Of a stretch of 64,000 bases of DNA, positions 46,601 to 64,000 are shown in pieces. Every line of letters begins with the position of its first letter. Position 1 is the first letter of the stretch. The notes under the pieces were generated by a model. It saw only the letters and a list, made by a program, of their open reading frames with translations. It was not told where the DNA came from and searched no databases. Position numbers and translations under genes: made by a program. Origin of the DNA: the human T2T-CHM13v2.0 reference genome, Homo sapiens; assembly GCF_009914755.1 (NCBI RefSeq), contig NC_060939.1; one strand, given 5' to 3'.

Positions 46601-49456
46601 TATCACTGCACTGATCACCGAGATGATGTAACTCTAGTATAGGCTTCGCCAGCAGAGGTCATTGAGACTTATCTCTGCACTGATCACCGAGGTGATCCAA
46701 CTCTTGTCGGGCATCTGCTTACAGGGGGCATTGTGACATATTTCTGCCCTGATCACCCTGGTGATGTAACTCTTGTCTAGGATCTGCCTACGGGAGACAT
46801 TGTGACATATCTCTGCACTGATCACCCAGGTGATGTCACTTTTGTCAAGGATGTGGCTACAGAGACATTGTGACGTGTCACTGCACTGATCACACAGCTG
46901 ATGTAAGCATATTCTAGGCTCTGGCTACAGGGGGCTTGGGACACATTTCTGCCCTGATCACCCAGGTGATGTAACTCTTGTCTAGGCTCTGCATACTGGA
47001 GTCATTTCGACATATCTCCGCACTGATAACCCAGGTGATGTCACTTTTGTCAAGGATATGGCTACAGGGGCTTTGTGACATATCACTGCACTGATCACCC
47101 AGGTGATGTAACCCTTGCCTAGGCTCTGCCAAAAGGGGCCATTGTGACATAACTCTGCACTGATCACCCTGGTGATTGGACTCTTGTCTGGGCTCTGCCT
47201 ACAGGGGTATTGTGACATATCTCTGCAGTGATCACGCAGGTGATGTAACTCTTGTCTATATCTGCCTACTGGCGGCATTGTGACATATTTCTGCACTGAT
47301 CACCCAGGTGATGGACTCTTCTCTTGGATCTGCCTATGGGGGCATAGTGACATATCTCTTCACTGATCACTCATGTGATGTAATGCTTGTCTAAACTGCG
47401 CCTAAAGGGGAATTGTGACAGATGTCTCCACTGATCACCCAGGTGATGTAACAATTTTCTGGGATTTGTCTACAGTGAGCTTTGTGACATATCTTTGCAC
47501 TGATCACCCAGGAGATGTAACACAATTTCTATGCTCGGACTACAGGGGCTTTGTGACATATTTCTGCAGTAATCACCAAGTGATGTAACTCTTGTTTATG
47601 CTCTGCCTACAGGGGCTTGTGACATATCTCTGCACTGATCACCCAGGTGAAGTAATTCTTCTCTAGGATCTGCCTACAGGTTACTTTGGGACATATCCCT
47701 GCAATGATCACCCAGGTGATGTGCCACTTGTCAAGGCTCTGCCTACTGGGACATTGCGATGTATCTCTGCACTGATCACCTAGATCATGTAACTCTTGTC
47801 TAGGATCTGCCTGCAGTGGCATTGTGACATATCTCTGCACTGATCATCCAAGCGAAGTAACCCTTGTCTAGGATCTGCCTAAAGGGATTTTGTGAAGTAA
47901 CTCTGCACTGATCATCCTTTTAACGGGGCTTTTGACTAGGCTCTGCCTAAGGGGGCATTGTGACATATTTCTTCACTGACCACCCAGGTGACGGACTCTT
48001 TCTTGGATCTGTCTATGGGGGCATTTTGACATATCTCTGCACTGATCACCCAGGTGATGTAACTGTTGTAGAAGCTCTGCCGACAGGGGAATTGTGAGAG
48101 ATCTCGCCACTGATCACCCAAGTGATGTAAATATTGTCTAGGCTTTGCCTACAGGGGGCTTTGTGACATACCTTTGCACTGATCACCCAGGTGATGTAAC
48201 TCATCTAAGTTCTGTGTACAGGAGCTTTGTGACATGTCTCTGCAGTGATCACTTAGGTGATGTAACACTTTTATAAGCACTGCCTACATGGAATTTCGAC
48301 AAATCTCGGCACTGATCACCTAGGTGATGTAACTATTGTCTACCCTCTGCCCAAAGGGGGCATTGTGAAATATCTCTGCACTGATCACCCAGGTGATTCA
48401 ACTCTTGTCTAGGATCTGCCTACAGGGGGTATTGTGAAATAGCTCTGCACTGATCAACTGGGTGATGTAACTCTTGTCAAGGCTCTGCCTACCAGGGCGT
48501 TTTCACATATCCCTGAACTGATGACAAAGGTGATGTAACTCTTGCCTAGGCTTTGCCTACAGGGGAAATTGTGACACATCTCTGAACTGATCAACCAAGT
48601 GATGAAACTCTTGTCTAGGCTCGGCCTACAGGGGCTTTCTGACACATCTCTGCACTGATCACCCTGGGGAGGGAACTCTTGTCTACACTCTGCCTACAGG
48701 AGGCTTTATGACTTATACCTGCACTGATAACCTAGGTGATGTAACCCTTGTCTAGGCTCTACCTACACGGGAATTCTCACATATCTCTGCACTGATCACC
48801 CAGGTGATGTAACTCCTGTCTAGGTTCAGCCTACAGGAGCTTTTTGACATATCTCTGCACTGATCACCCAGGTGATGTAACACTTGTCTAAGCTCTGCCT
48901 ACAGGGGCATTGTGACAGATCTCTCCAGTGCTCACCAAGGTGAAGTACCAATTTTGTGGGCTTTGCCTTCAGGGGGCTTTGTGATATACATTTCCACTGA
49001 TCAAACAGGTGATGTAACCCTTGTCAAGGTTCTTATTAAAGGGGCTTTGTGAGATATCTCTTCTCTGCACTGAACACCCCAGGGAGGAAACAGTTGTATA
49101 CACTCTGCCTACAGGAGGCTTTACCACTTATCCATTCACTGATCACTAGGTGACGTAACACTTGTCTTGGCTCTGACTACACGAGAATTTTCACATATCT
49201 CTACACTGATCACCTAAGTGATGTAACCCCTGTCTAGGTTCAGCCTACTGGGGATTTCTGACATACCTTTGCACTGATCACCGAGGTGATGTAAATCGTT
49301 TCCAGGCTTTTTGTACAGTGGACATTGTGTTACATCTCTGCACTGATCACCTAAATAAGGCAAATCATCTCCAGCCTCTGCAGGGAGGGGGCATTGTGAC
49401 ATATTTCTGAACTGATCATCCAGGAGATGTAACTATTCTCCAGGCTTTGACTAAAG
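40670..49456 (-). repeat. Beta satellite block 7 (longest, ~8.8 kb)
   Basis: 68-bp monomers. Confidence 0.96.
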
Positions 49457-50159
49457 ATCGTCGGAAGGTGTTTGGAGAACCTCAGCCAGAATTTCATGGA
49501 CGGACAAGGGCACAGAGAGGCCATCGGGCTCCCTTGCACGTCAGCCGGGGTGTGCAATGAGCGCAGGTCTAGCCAGGAGGCCGACAAAGAGAGCTAGAGG
49601 TCTGCGTTCCACCGCCAGGCGCTCCATGGTGGCAGCTGGGATGCTGCAGGGGCACGGGTGGGTCGGCGACGGTGTCGCCGAGGCGCAGAGGAGGCGAGCT
49701 GCTGGAGGGGTGTCAGGCCTGGACGCTGCTTGGGCCCGATATTTCGCGGGACGGGGGTCTCTACCCAGCCCAGGGGAGGACGCATTTTCCGGGTTTTGTG
49801 TGTGCGGGTGGGGAAGGGGTGGTCAGGCAGGGGTGGGTTGGTGGAAAATCATGAGAGCTCTGCCCGGGCTGCTCCCACAGCCCAGGCGGCTGGCCGCAAC
49901 TCCCAGCGTGCGCAGTAGGCAGCCCACCTGCTGGTACCGGGGCCGGCTCTGGGATCCCCGGGATGCCCAGGATAGAATGGCAGTTCTCCGCTCTGTGGAG
50001 TCTCTCACAGGGCCTAGACCTAGAAGGCAGGAATCCCAGGCCGGTCAGCACGGTGGAGGGGGCGGGGTGAAGACACTCCCTTCCTTAGCCAGCCAGGTGT
50101 TCCCCGCGAAAGAGAGGCCACCTCCCTGCCCCGACCCGACCACGTCCCAACCCCTCGCC

Positions 50160-51848
<1,689 letters not shown>

Positions 51849-52224
51849 TCAGCACGGAGAAATTGCCCTGGGAGTGTGGAGGGGAGTGTGGAAGTGAATA
51901 TCCGTGGGAGTCTGGAGTGTTCCAGGCCCTCTCTCCGTGAAGGAGGCAGTGTATGTGGCTGTCGCCGTTGCTGGGACAGTCTCACGCACGCAAGCGTGTG
52001 GTTCTCGTTCATTTCCAAGTAGGAGACCAGAGTGAGACCCCAGAGAGAAGATGCCTCCCCGGCGGGATGGCCTGATGATGGATTCCCGTTTGCGGCAACA
52101 TGGGGAGTCTGCAGTGTGGCCGGTTTGGAAACTGCCAAGGAGAGCGAAGGCACCATGCTGGTCTTCCACCCTTCCCTGCATGTTTCTGGCTGCCCACAGA
52201 GATCCGGGAGCAAACAGTCAGCAT

Positions 52225-55200
52225 GACACATCTCTGAACTGATCAACAAAGTGATGTAACTCTTGTCTAGGCTCTGCCTACAGGGGCATTGTGACATATC
52301 TCTGCACTGGTCACCCAGGTGATGGGACTTTTGTCTAGGCTCTGCCTATGGGGGCATTGTGACATATCTCTACACTGATCACCCCAGTGATGTAACTCTT
52401 TTGCTGGATCTGCCTATGGGGGCATTGTGACATATTTCTGCACTGATCTCCCAGGTGACGGGACTCTTGTCTATGCTCTGTGTATGGGGGCTTTGTGACA
52501 TATCTCTGCACTGATCACCCAGGAGATGAGACTCTTGTCTGAGCTCTGCCTAGAGGAACCCTGGGACATATCTCTGCACTGATCGCTGAGGTGATGTAAA
52601 AGTTCTCTAGGTTTTGCCCACAGTGGGATTTATCACATATCTCTTCACTGATCACCCAGGTGATGTAACTCTTGTCTAGGCTGTGCTTACAGGGGGTATT
52701 GTGAGATATCTCTGCACTGATCACCCAGGTGAAGCAACTCTTGTCTAGGCTCTGCTACAGGGGCATTTTAACATATCACTGCACTGATCTACGAGATGAT
52801 GTAACTCTTGTATTGGCTTCGCCGACAGTGGGCATTGAGATATATCTCTGCACTAATCACCCAGGAGATGTAACTCTTGTCTAGGCTCTGCCTACAGGGG
52901 CTTTGTGACATATTTCTGCACTGATCACCCAGGTGATGTAACTCTGGTTTAGGCTGAGCCTACAGGGGCTTTGTGACACATGTCTTTACTGATCACCCAG
53001 GTAATGTAACTCTTGTCTAGGCTCCACCTAAAGGGGATATTGTGACTTATCTCTGCACTGATCACCCAGGTGATGTAACATTTATCTAGGCTCTTCCTAC
53101 AGTGGAGTTTTGACATAGCCCTGCACAGATCACCTAGGTTATGTAACTCTTGTCAACTCTCTGCCAACAGGGGGCATTGTGAAATATGTCTGCCCTGATC
53201 ACCCAGGTGATGTGACTCTTCTCTATACTCTGCCTAGTGGGGGATTTGTGACATATCTCTGCACTGATTTCGCAGGTGATGGAAGTCTTGTTTAGGCTGT
53301 GTCTATGGGGGCATTTTGTCAAATATCTGCACTGATCACCCAGGTGATGTAACTCTTGTCTAGGCTCTGTCTATAGGGATTTGTGTGAGATTCCACTGCA
53401 CTGATCACCTAGGTGATGTAAGCCTTGTATGGGCTTTTCCTACAGAAGGCTTTGTGACATATCTATGCACTGATCTCTGAGGTGATGCAACTCTTGTCTA
53501 GGCACTGCATATAGGGGACATTGGTAAATATCTCTGTACTGATCACTCAGGTGATGGACTCTTGTCTTAGATTTGTATTCCTGGACATTGTGACACATCT
53601 CTGAACTGATCAACCAAGTGATGAAACTCTTGTCTAGGCTCTCCCTACATGGTCTTTGTGACACATCTCTGCACTGATCACCCTGGGGAGGGAACTCTTG
53701 TCTATTGTCTGCCTACAGGAGGCTTTATGACTTATACCTGCACTGATAACCTAGGTGACGTAACACTTGTCTAGGCTCTGCCTACACGGGAATTCACCCA
53801 TATCTCTGCACTGATCACCCAGGTGATGTAACTTCTGTCTAGGTTCAGCCTACAGGAGCGTTTTGACATATGTCTGCAGGCTGTGCCCACAGGGGATTGA
53901 GACATGTCTCTGCACTGATCCCGAGGTGATCTAACTCTTGCCTGGTCTCTGCCTACTGGGGACATTGTGACATATCTCTGCACTGATCTCCCAGGTGCTG
54001 TAACTTTAGTCTAGGCTCTGGCTACACGGCATTGTGACATATCACTACAATGATCACCCAGGTGATATAACTCTTGTCTATGGTCTGCTTACAGGTGGCT
54101 TGTGACATATCTCTGTACTGATAACCCAGGTGATGTAACTGTTGTATAAGCTCTGCCTACAGGGGAATTGTGAGAGATCTCGCCACTGATCACCCAAGTG
54201 ATGTAACTATCGTCTAGGCTTTGCCTACAGGGGTCTTTGTGACATACCTTTGCACTGATAACCCAGGTGATGTAACTCATCTAAGTTCTGCCTACAGGAG
54301 CTTTGTGATATATCTCTGCACGGATCACTTAGTTGATGTAACACTTTTATAAGCACTGCCTAAAGGGAAAGTTGACAAATCTCTGCACTGATCACCTAGG
54401 TGATGTAACTCTTGTCTACCCTATGCCCAAAGGGGGCATTGTGAAATATATCTGCACTGATCACCCAGGTGATTCAACTCTTGTCTTGGATCTGCCTACA
54501 GGTGGTATTGAGAAATATCTCCACACTGATTAACTAGGTGATTTAACACTTGTCTAGGCTTTGCCTACAGGGGCGTTTTCAAATATCCCTGAACTAATGA
54601 CAAAGGTGATGTAACTCTTGCCTAGGCTTTGCCTACAGGGGACATTGTGACATATCTCTGCAGTGATCACCGAGGTGATGCAAATCTTCTCTATGTTCTG
54701 CCTAAAGGGGATATTGTGACATATATCTACACTGATGACCCAGGTGATGCAACTCTTCTGTATGCTCTGCCTACAGGGGACGTTGTGACATATTCCTGAA
54801 CTGATCACCCAGGTGATGCAACTCTTCTCTATGCTCTGCCTTCAGGGGGCATTGTGACATATGTCTGCACTGATCACCCAGGTGATGTAACTCTTTTCTA
54901 GTCTCTGCCTACAGAGGGCGTTGTGACATCACTCTGCACGGATCACCCCGGTTATGTAACTCTTGTCTAGGCTCTGCCTACGGGGGCATTGTGACTTATC
55001 TCTGCACTGATCACCCAGGAGATGTGACTCTTGTCTAAACTCTGCCTAGAGGGACTTTGGGACATATCTCTGCACTGATCGCTGAGGTGATGTAAAACTT
55101 GTCTAGGCTTTGCCTACAGTGGGATTTATGACATATCTCTGCACTGATCAGCCAAGTGATGTAACTCTTCTCTAGGCTCTGCTTACAGGGGGTATTGTGA

Positions 55201-57581
55201 GATATCTCTGCAGTGATCACCCAGGTGAAGGAAGTGTTTTCTAGGGTCAGCCTACAGGAGCATTTTAACATATCACTGCACTGATCACCGAGATGATGTA
55301 ACTCTTGTATAGGCTTCGCCGACAGGGGGCATTGAGACATATCTCTGCACTGATCACCGAGGAGAGGCAACTCTTGTCTGGGATCTGCTTATAGGGGGCA
55401 TTGTGACATATCTCTGCCCTGATCACCCAGGTGATGTAACTCTTGTCTGGGCTCTGCCTACTGGAGACTTTGTGACATATCTCCGTGCTGATCACTCAGG
55501 TGATGTCACTTTTGTCAAGGATATGGCTACATTGACATTGTGACATGTCACTGCACTGATCACACACCTGATGTAACTCTTGTCTACGCTCTGGCTACAA
55601 GGGCTTGTGACACATCTCTGAACTGATCATCCAGGTGATGTAACCCTTATCTAGGCTCTGCCAGAAGGGGGCATTGTGACATAAATCTGTACTGATCCCC
55701 CAGGTGACGGGTCTCTTATCTAGGCTGTGCCTACTGGGGCATTGTGACATATATCTGCAGTGATCACGCAGGTGATGTAACTCTTGTCTATATCTGCCTA
55801 CTGATGGCATTGTGGCATATTTCTGCATTGATCACCAAGGTGATGGACTCTTGTCTTGGATTTGCCTATGGGGCCATAGTGACATACATCTGCACTGATC
55901 ACTCATGTGATGTAACGCTTGTCTAAGCTGTGCCTAAAGGGGAATTGAGACAGATAACTCCACTGATCACCCAGGTGATGTAACAATTTTTTGGGATTTG
56001 TCTACAGGGTTCTTTGTGACATATCTTTGCACTGATCACCCAGGAGATGTAAGTCTTGTCAAGGTTCAGCCTACAGGGGCTTTGTGACATATCTCTGCTC
56101 TGATCACCCAGATGATGTAACTCTTGTCTAGGCTCCACCTACAGGGGGTATTGTGACGTATCTCTGCACTGATCACCCAGTTGATGTAACATTTATCTAG
56201 GCGCTGCCTACATGGGCGTTTTGACATAGCTCTGCACAGATCACCTAGGTTACGAAACTCTTCTCCACTCTCTGCCTACAGGAGGCATTGTGAAATATCT
56301 CTGCACTGATCACCCAGGTGATGGGACTCTTCTCTATACTCTGCCTAGAGGGGGATTTGTGACATATCTCTGCTCTGATCACCCAGGTGATGGAAGATTT
56401 CTCTAGGCTCTGTTTTTGGGAGCATTGTGTCAAATATCTGCACTGATCACCCAGGTGATGTAATTCTTTTCTAGGCTCTGTCTACAGGGATTTTTGTGAC
56501 ATATCACTACACTGATCACCTAGGTGATGTAAGCCTTCTATGTGCTTGGCTTACAGAAGGCTTTGTGACATATCTATGCACTGATCTCTGAGGTGATGTA
56601 TTTCTTGTCTAGGCACTGCCTACAGGGGACATTGGTACATATCTCTGCAGTGATCACCCAAGTGATGGACTCTTGTCTTAGATCTGCCTACATGGACATG
56701 GTGACACATCTCTGAACTGATCAACAAAGTGTTGCAACTCTTGTCTGGGCTTTGCCTAAAGGGGCTTTGTGACACATCTCTGCACTGATCACCCTGTGGA
56801 GGGAACTCTTGTCTACACTCTGCCTACAGGAGTCTTTATGACTTATACCTGCACTGATAACCTAGGTGATGTAACACTTGTCTAGGCTCTGCCTACACGG
56901 AAATTCTCACATATCTCTGCACTGATCACACAGGTGATGTAATTCCTGTCTAGGTTCAGCCTACAGGAGCGTTTTGACATATCTCTGCACTGATCACCCA
57001 GGTGATGTAACCCTTGTCTAAGCTCTGCCTACAGGGGCATTGTGACAGATCTCTCCACTGCTCACCCAGGTGATGTAACAATTCTCTGGTCTTTGCCTAC
57101 AGGGGGCTTTGTGATATACATTTCCACTGATCAAACAGGTGATGTAACACTTATCAAGGTTCTCCTTACAGGGGATTTGAGACATATCTCTTCACTGATC
57201 ACCCCAGGGAGGAAACACTTGTCTACACTCTGCCTACAGGAGGCATTACAACTTATCCCTGCACTGATAACTAGGTGATGTAACACTTGTCTAGGCTCTG
57301 TCTAAACCAGAATTTTCACACATCTCTACACTGATCACCTAAGTGATGTAACCCTTGTCTAGGTTCAGCCTACTGGGGATTTCTGACATACCTCTGCACT
57401 GATCACCGAGGTGATGTAAATGATTTCCAGGCTTTTTGCACAGGGTTCATTGTGATATATCTCTACACTGATCACCCAAATGATGCAAATCTTCTCTAGG
57501 CTCTGCAGGGAGGGGGCATTGTGACATATTTCTGAACCGATCATCGAGGAGATGTAACTATTCTTCTGGATTTGACTAAAG
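52225..57581 (-). repeat. Beta satellite block 8
   Basis: 68-bp monomers. Confidence 0.96.
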
Positions 57582-60353
<2,772 letters not shown>

Positions 60354-63300
60354 GACACATCTCGGAACTGATCAACAAAGTGATGTAACCCTTGTCTAGG
60401 CTCTACCTAATGGGACTTTGTGACATATCTCTGCACTGATCACCCAGGTGATGGGACTTTTTTCTAGGCTATGCCTATGGGGGCATTGTGACATATCTCT
60501 ACACTGATCACCCAGGTGATGTAACTCTTGTGTTAGATCTGCCTATGGGGGCATTGTGAAATATTTCTGCACTGATCACGCAGGTGATGTAACTCTGGTC
60601 TAAGCTCTGCCTAAAGGGTCATTGTGACAGATCTCTGCACTGATCACTCAGGTGATGTAAGTATAGTCTAGGTTCTTCTTAAAGGGTCCTTGTCACATAT
60701 CTCTGCACTGATCACCCAGGTGGTGGGACTCTTCTCTTGGCTCTGCCTACTGGGGGCATTGTCACATATTTCTGCATTGATCACCCAGGTGACAGACCCT
60801 TGTCTTGGATTTGCCTATGGGGTCATTGTGACATATATCCGCACTGATCACCCAGGTGATGTAACGCTTGACTAGGCTCTGCCTACGGGGCATAGTGACA
60901 TATTGCTGCATTGATCACCGAGGTGATGTAACTCTTGTCCAGGCTCTGCCTATAGGGGGCCTTGTGACATATCTCTGCGCTGATCATCTAGGTGATGTAA
61001 CTCTTGCTTACGCTCTGTCTGCAAGAGCATTGTGAAATATCTCTGCACTGATCACCTAGGTGATGTAACTCTTGTATAAGCTCTGCCTACAGGGGAATTG
61101 TGAGAGACCACGCCACTGATCACCCAAGTGATGTAACTATTGTCTAGGCATTGCCTACAGGGGGCTTTGTGACATACATGTGCAATGATCACCCAGGTTA
61201 TGTAACTCATCTAAATTCTGCCTACAGGAGCTTTGTGACATATCTCTGCACTGATCACTTAGGTGATGTAACACTTTTATAAGCACTGCCTTCAGGGAAT
61301 TTTGACAAATCCTTGCACGGATCACCTAGGTGATGTATCTCTTGGCTACCCTCTGCCCAAAGGGGGCATTGTGAAATATCTCTGCACTGATCAACCAGGT
61401 GATTCAACTCTTGTCTAAGATCTGCCTACAGGGGATATTGTGAAACATATCTGCACTGATCAACAAGGTGATGTAACTCTTGTCTAGCCTCTGCCTACAG
61501 GGGCATTTTCACATATCCCTGAACTGATGACAAAGGTGATGTAACTCTTGCCTAGTCTTTGCCTACAAGGGACATTGTGACATATCTCTGCACTGATCAC
61601 CCAGGTGATGCAACTCTTCTCTATGCTCTGCCTACAGGGGGCATTGTGACATATCTCTGCACTGATCACCCAGGTGATGTAACTCTTTTCTAGTCTCTGC
61701 CTACAGAGGGCGTTGTGACATCACTCTGCACGGATCACCAGGGTTATGTAACTCTCCTCTAGGCTCTGCCTACGGGGGCTTTGTGACTTATCTCTGCACT
61801 GATCACTCAGGAGGTGTGACCCTTTTCTAAGCTCTGCCTAGAGGGACATTGGGACATATCTCTGCACTGATCACTGACGTTATATAAAACTTGTCTAGGC
61901 TTTGCCTACAGTGGGATTTATGACATATCTCTGCATTAATCACCCAGGTGATGTAACTCTTGTCTAGGTTCTACTTAAAGGGGGTATTATGAGATATCTC
62001 TGCACTGATCACCCAGGTGATGTAACTCTTGTCTAGGCTCTGCCTACAGGGGCATTTTAGCATATCACTGCACTGATCACCGAGATGATGTAACTTTTGT
62101 ATAGGCTTCGCTGAAAAGGGGCATTGAGACATAAATCTGCACTGATCTCCGAGGTGATGCAACTCTTGTCTCGGATCTGCTTACAGGGGGCATTGTGACA
62201 TATCTCTGCCATGATCACCCAGGTGATGTAACTCTTGTCTAGGCTCTGCCTACTGGAGACATTGTGATATATCTCCGCACTGATTACCCAGGTGATGTCA
62301 CTTTTCTCAAGGATATGGCTACAGGGACATTGTGAAATGTCACTGCACTGATCACACAGCAGATGTAACTCTTTTCTAGGCTCTGGCTACAGGGGGCTTG
62401 TGACACATCTCTGCAATGATCACCCTGGTGATGTAACCCTTGTCTAGGCTCTGTCAAAAGGGGGCATTGTGACATAACTCGGCACTGATCACCCAGGTGA
62501 TGTAACATTTATCTAGGCTCTGCCTACAGGGGCGTTTTGACATAGCTCTGCACAGATCACCTAGGTTATGTAACTCTTGTCCACTCTCTGCCTACAGGGG
62601 ACATTGTGAAATATCTGCACTGATCAATCAGGTGATGGAACTCTTCTCTGTACTCTGCTTAGAGGGGGATTTGTGACACATCTCTGCACTGATCGCCAAG
62701 GTGATGGAAGTCTTGTCTAGGCTCTGTCTATGGGGGCATTCTGTCAAATATCTGCACTGATCACCCAGGTGATGTACCTCTTTTCTAGGCTCTGTCTACA
62801 GAGATTTTTTTGACATATCACTGCACTGATCACCTAGGTGATGTAAGTCTTGTATGGGCTTTGCCTACAGAAGGCTTTGTGAAATATCTCTACAGTGATC
62901 TCTGAGGTGATGCAACTCTTGTCTAGGCACTGTCTACAGGGGACATTGGTACTTATCGCTGCACAGATCACCCAGGTGATGGAGTCTTGACTTAGATCTG
63001 CCTACGTGGACATTGTGACACATCTCTGAACTGATCAACCAAGTGAAGAAACTCTTGTCTAGGCTCTGCCTACAGGGGCTTTGTGACACATCTCTGCACT
63101 GATCACCCTGGGGAGGGAACTCTTGTCTACGCTCTGCCTACAGGAGGCTTTATGACTTATACCTGCACTGATAACCTAGTTGATGTAACCCTTGTCTAGG
63201 CTCTGCCTACATGGGAATTCTCACATATCTCTGCACTGATCACCGAGGTGACGGACTCTTGCCTTGGATCTGCCTATGGGGACATTGTGACATATCCCTG

Positions 63301-64000
63301 CACTGATCACCCAGGTGATGTAACTGTTGTATAAGCTCTACCTACAGGGGAATTGTGAGAGATCTCGCCACTGATCACCCAAGTGATGTAACTATTGTCT
63401 AGGCTTTGCCTACATGGGGATTTGTGACATACCTTTGCACTGATCTCCCAGGTGATGTAACTCATCTAAGTTCTGCCTACAGGAGCTTTGTGACATATCT
63501 CTGCACTGATCACCCAGGTGTTGCAACTCTTCTCTATGCTCTGCCTACAGGGGGCATTGTGACATATCTCTGCACTGATCACAAAGGTGATGTAACTCTT
63601 TTCTAGTCTCTGCCTACAGAGGGCGTTGTGACATGACTCTGCACGGATCTCCCTGGTTATGTAAGTATTGTCTAGGCTTTGCCTACGGGGTCATTGTGAC
63701 TTATCTCTGCACTGATCACCCAGGAGATGTGACTCTTTTCTAAGCTCTGCCTTGAGGGACATTGGGACATATCCCTGCACTGATCACTGAGGTGGTGTAA
63801 AACTTGTCTAGGCTTTGCCTACAGTGAGATTTATGACATATCTCTGCACTGATCACCCAGGTGTTGTAACTGTTGTGTAGGCTCTGCTTACAGTGGTTAT
63901 TGTGAGATATCTCTGCATTGATCACCCAGGTGATGTGACTCTTGTCTAGGCTCTGCCTACAGGGGCATTTTAACATATCACTGCACTGATCACCGAGATG
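60354..64000 (-). repeat. Beta satellite block 9 (runs off window)
   Basis: 68-bp monomers. Confidence 0.96.

Noticed and set aside
49035-49040. ATTAAA close to unit H pLAM
   Set aside because: It is on the + strand, antisense to unit H

Overview
Primate (human or great-ape type) heterochromatic repeat DNA. Nine diverged DUX4-like (D4Z4-derived) units, labelled A-I here, are interleaved with 2.4-8.8 kb blocks of 68-bp beta satellite. This is not a canonical 3.3-kb D4Z4 tandem array. Each complete unit is about 2.75 kb and resembles the distal end of the 4qA/10qA array: truncated D4Z4 upstream region, DBE/GC-box/TATA promoter, DUX4 ORF, exon 2/KpnI site, intron 2, then a pLAM-type exon 3 running into beta satellite. 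No copy encodes full-length DUX4. Copy A keeps an open 297-aa double-homeodomain frame, and five copies keep an open Met-initiated C-terminal transactivation-domain frame. All eight visible pLAM ends carry plain satellite GTCACA where FSHD-permissive 4qA has the ATTAAA poly(A) signal. A 12.7-kb segment (about 9201-21883) is inverted and truncates copy B. The satellite has ordered higher-order variant cassettes. The family is known (dispersed DUX4L/beta-satellite clusters, e.g. acrocentric or pericentromeric); the chromosome cannot be determined from sequence alone. I found no wholly new gene system, so the findings concern fine structure. Comparisons to DUX4/4qA come from recalled reference sequence and need alignment to confirm.
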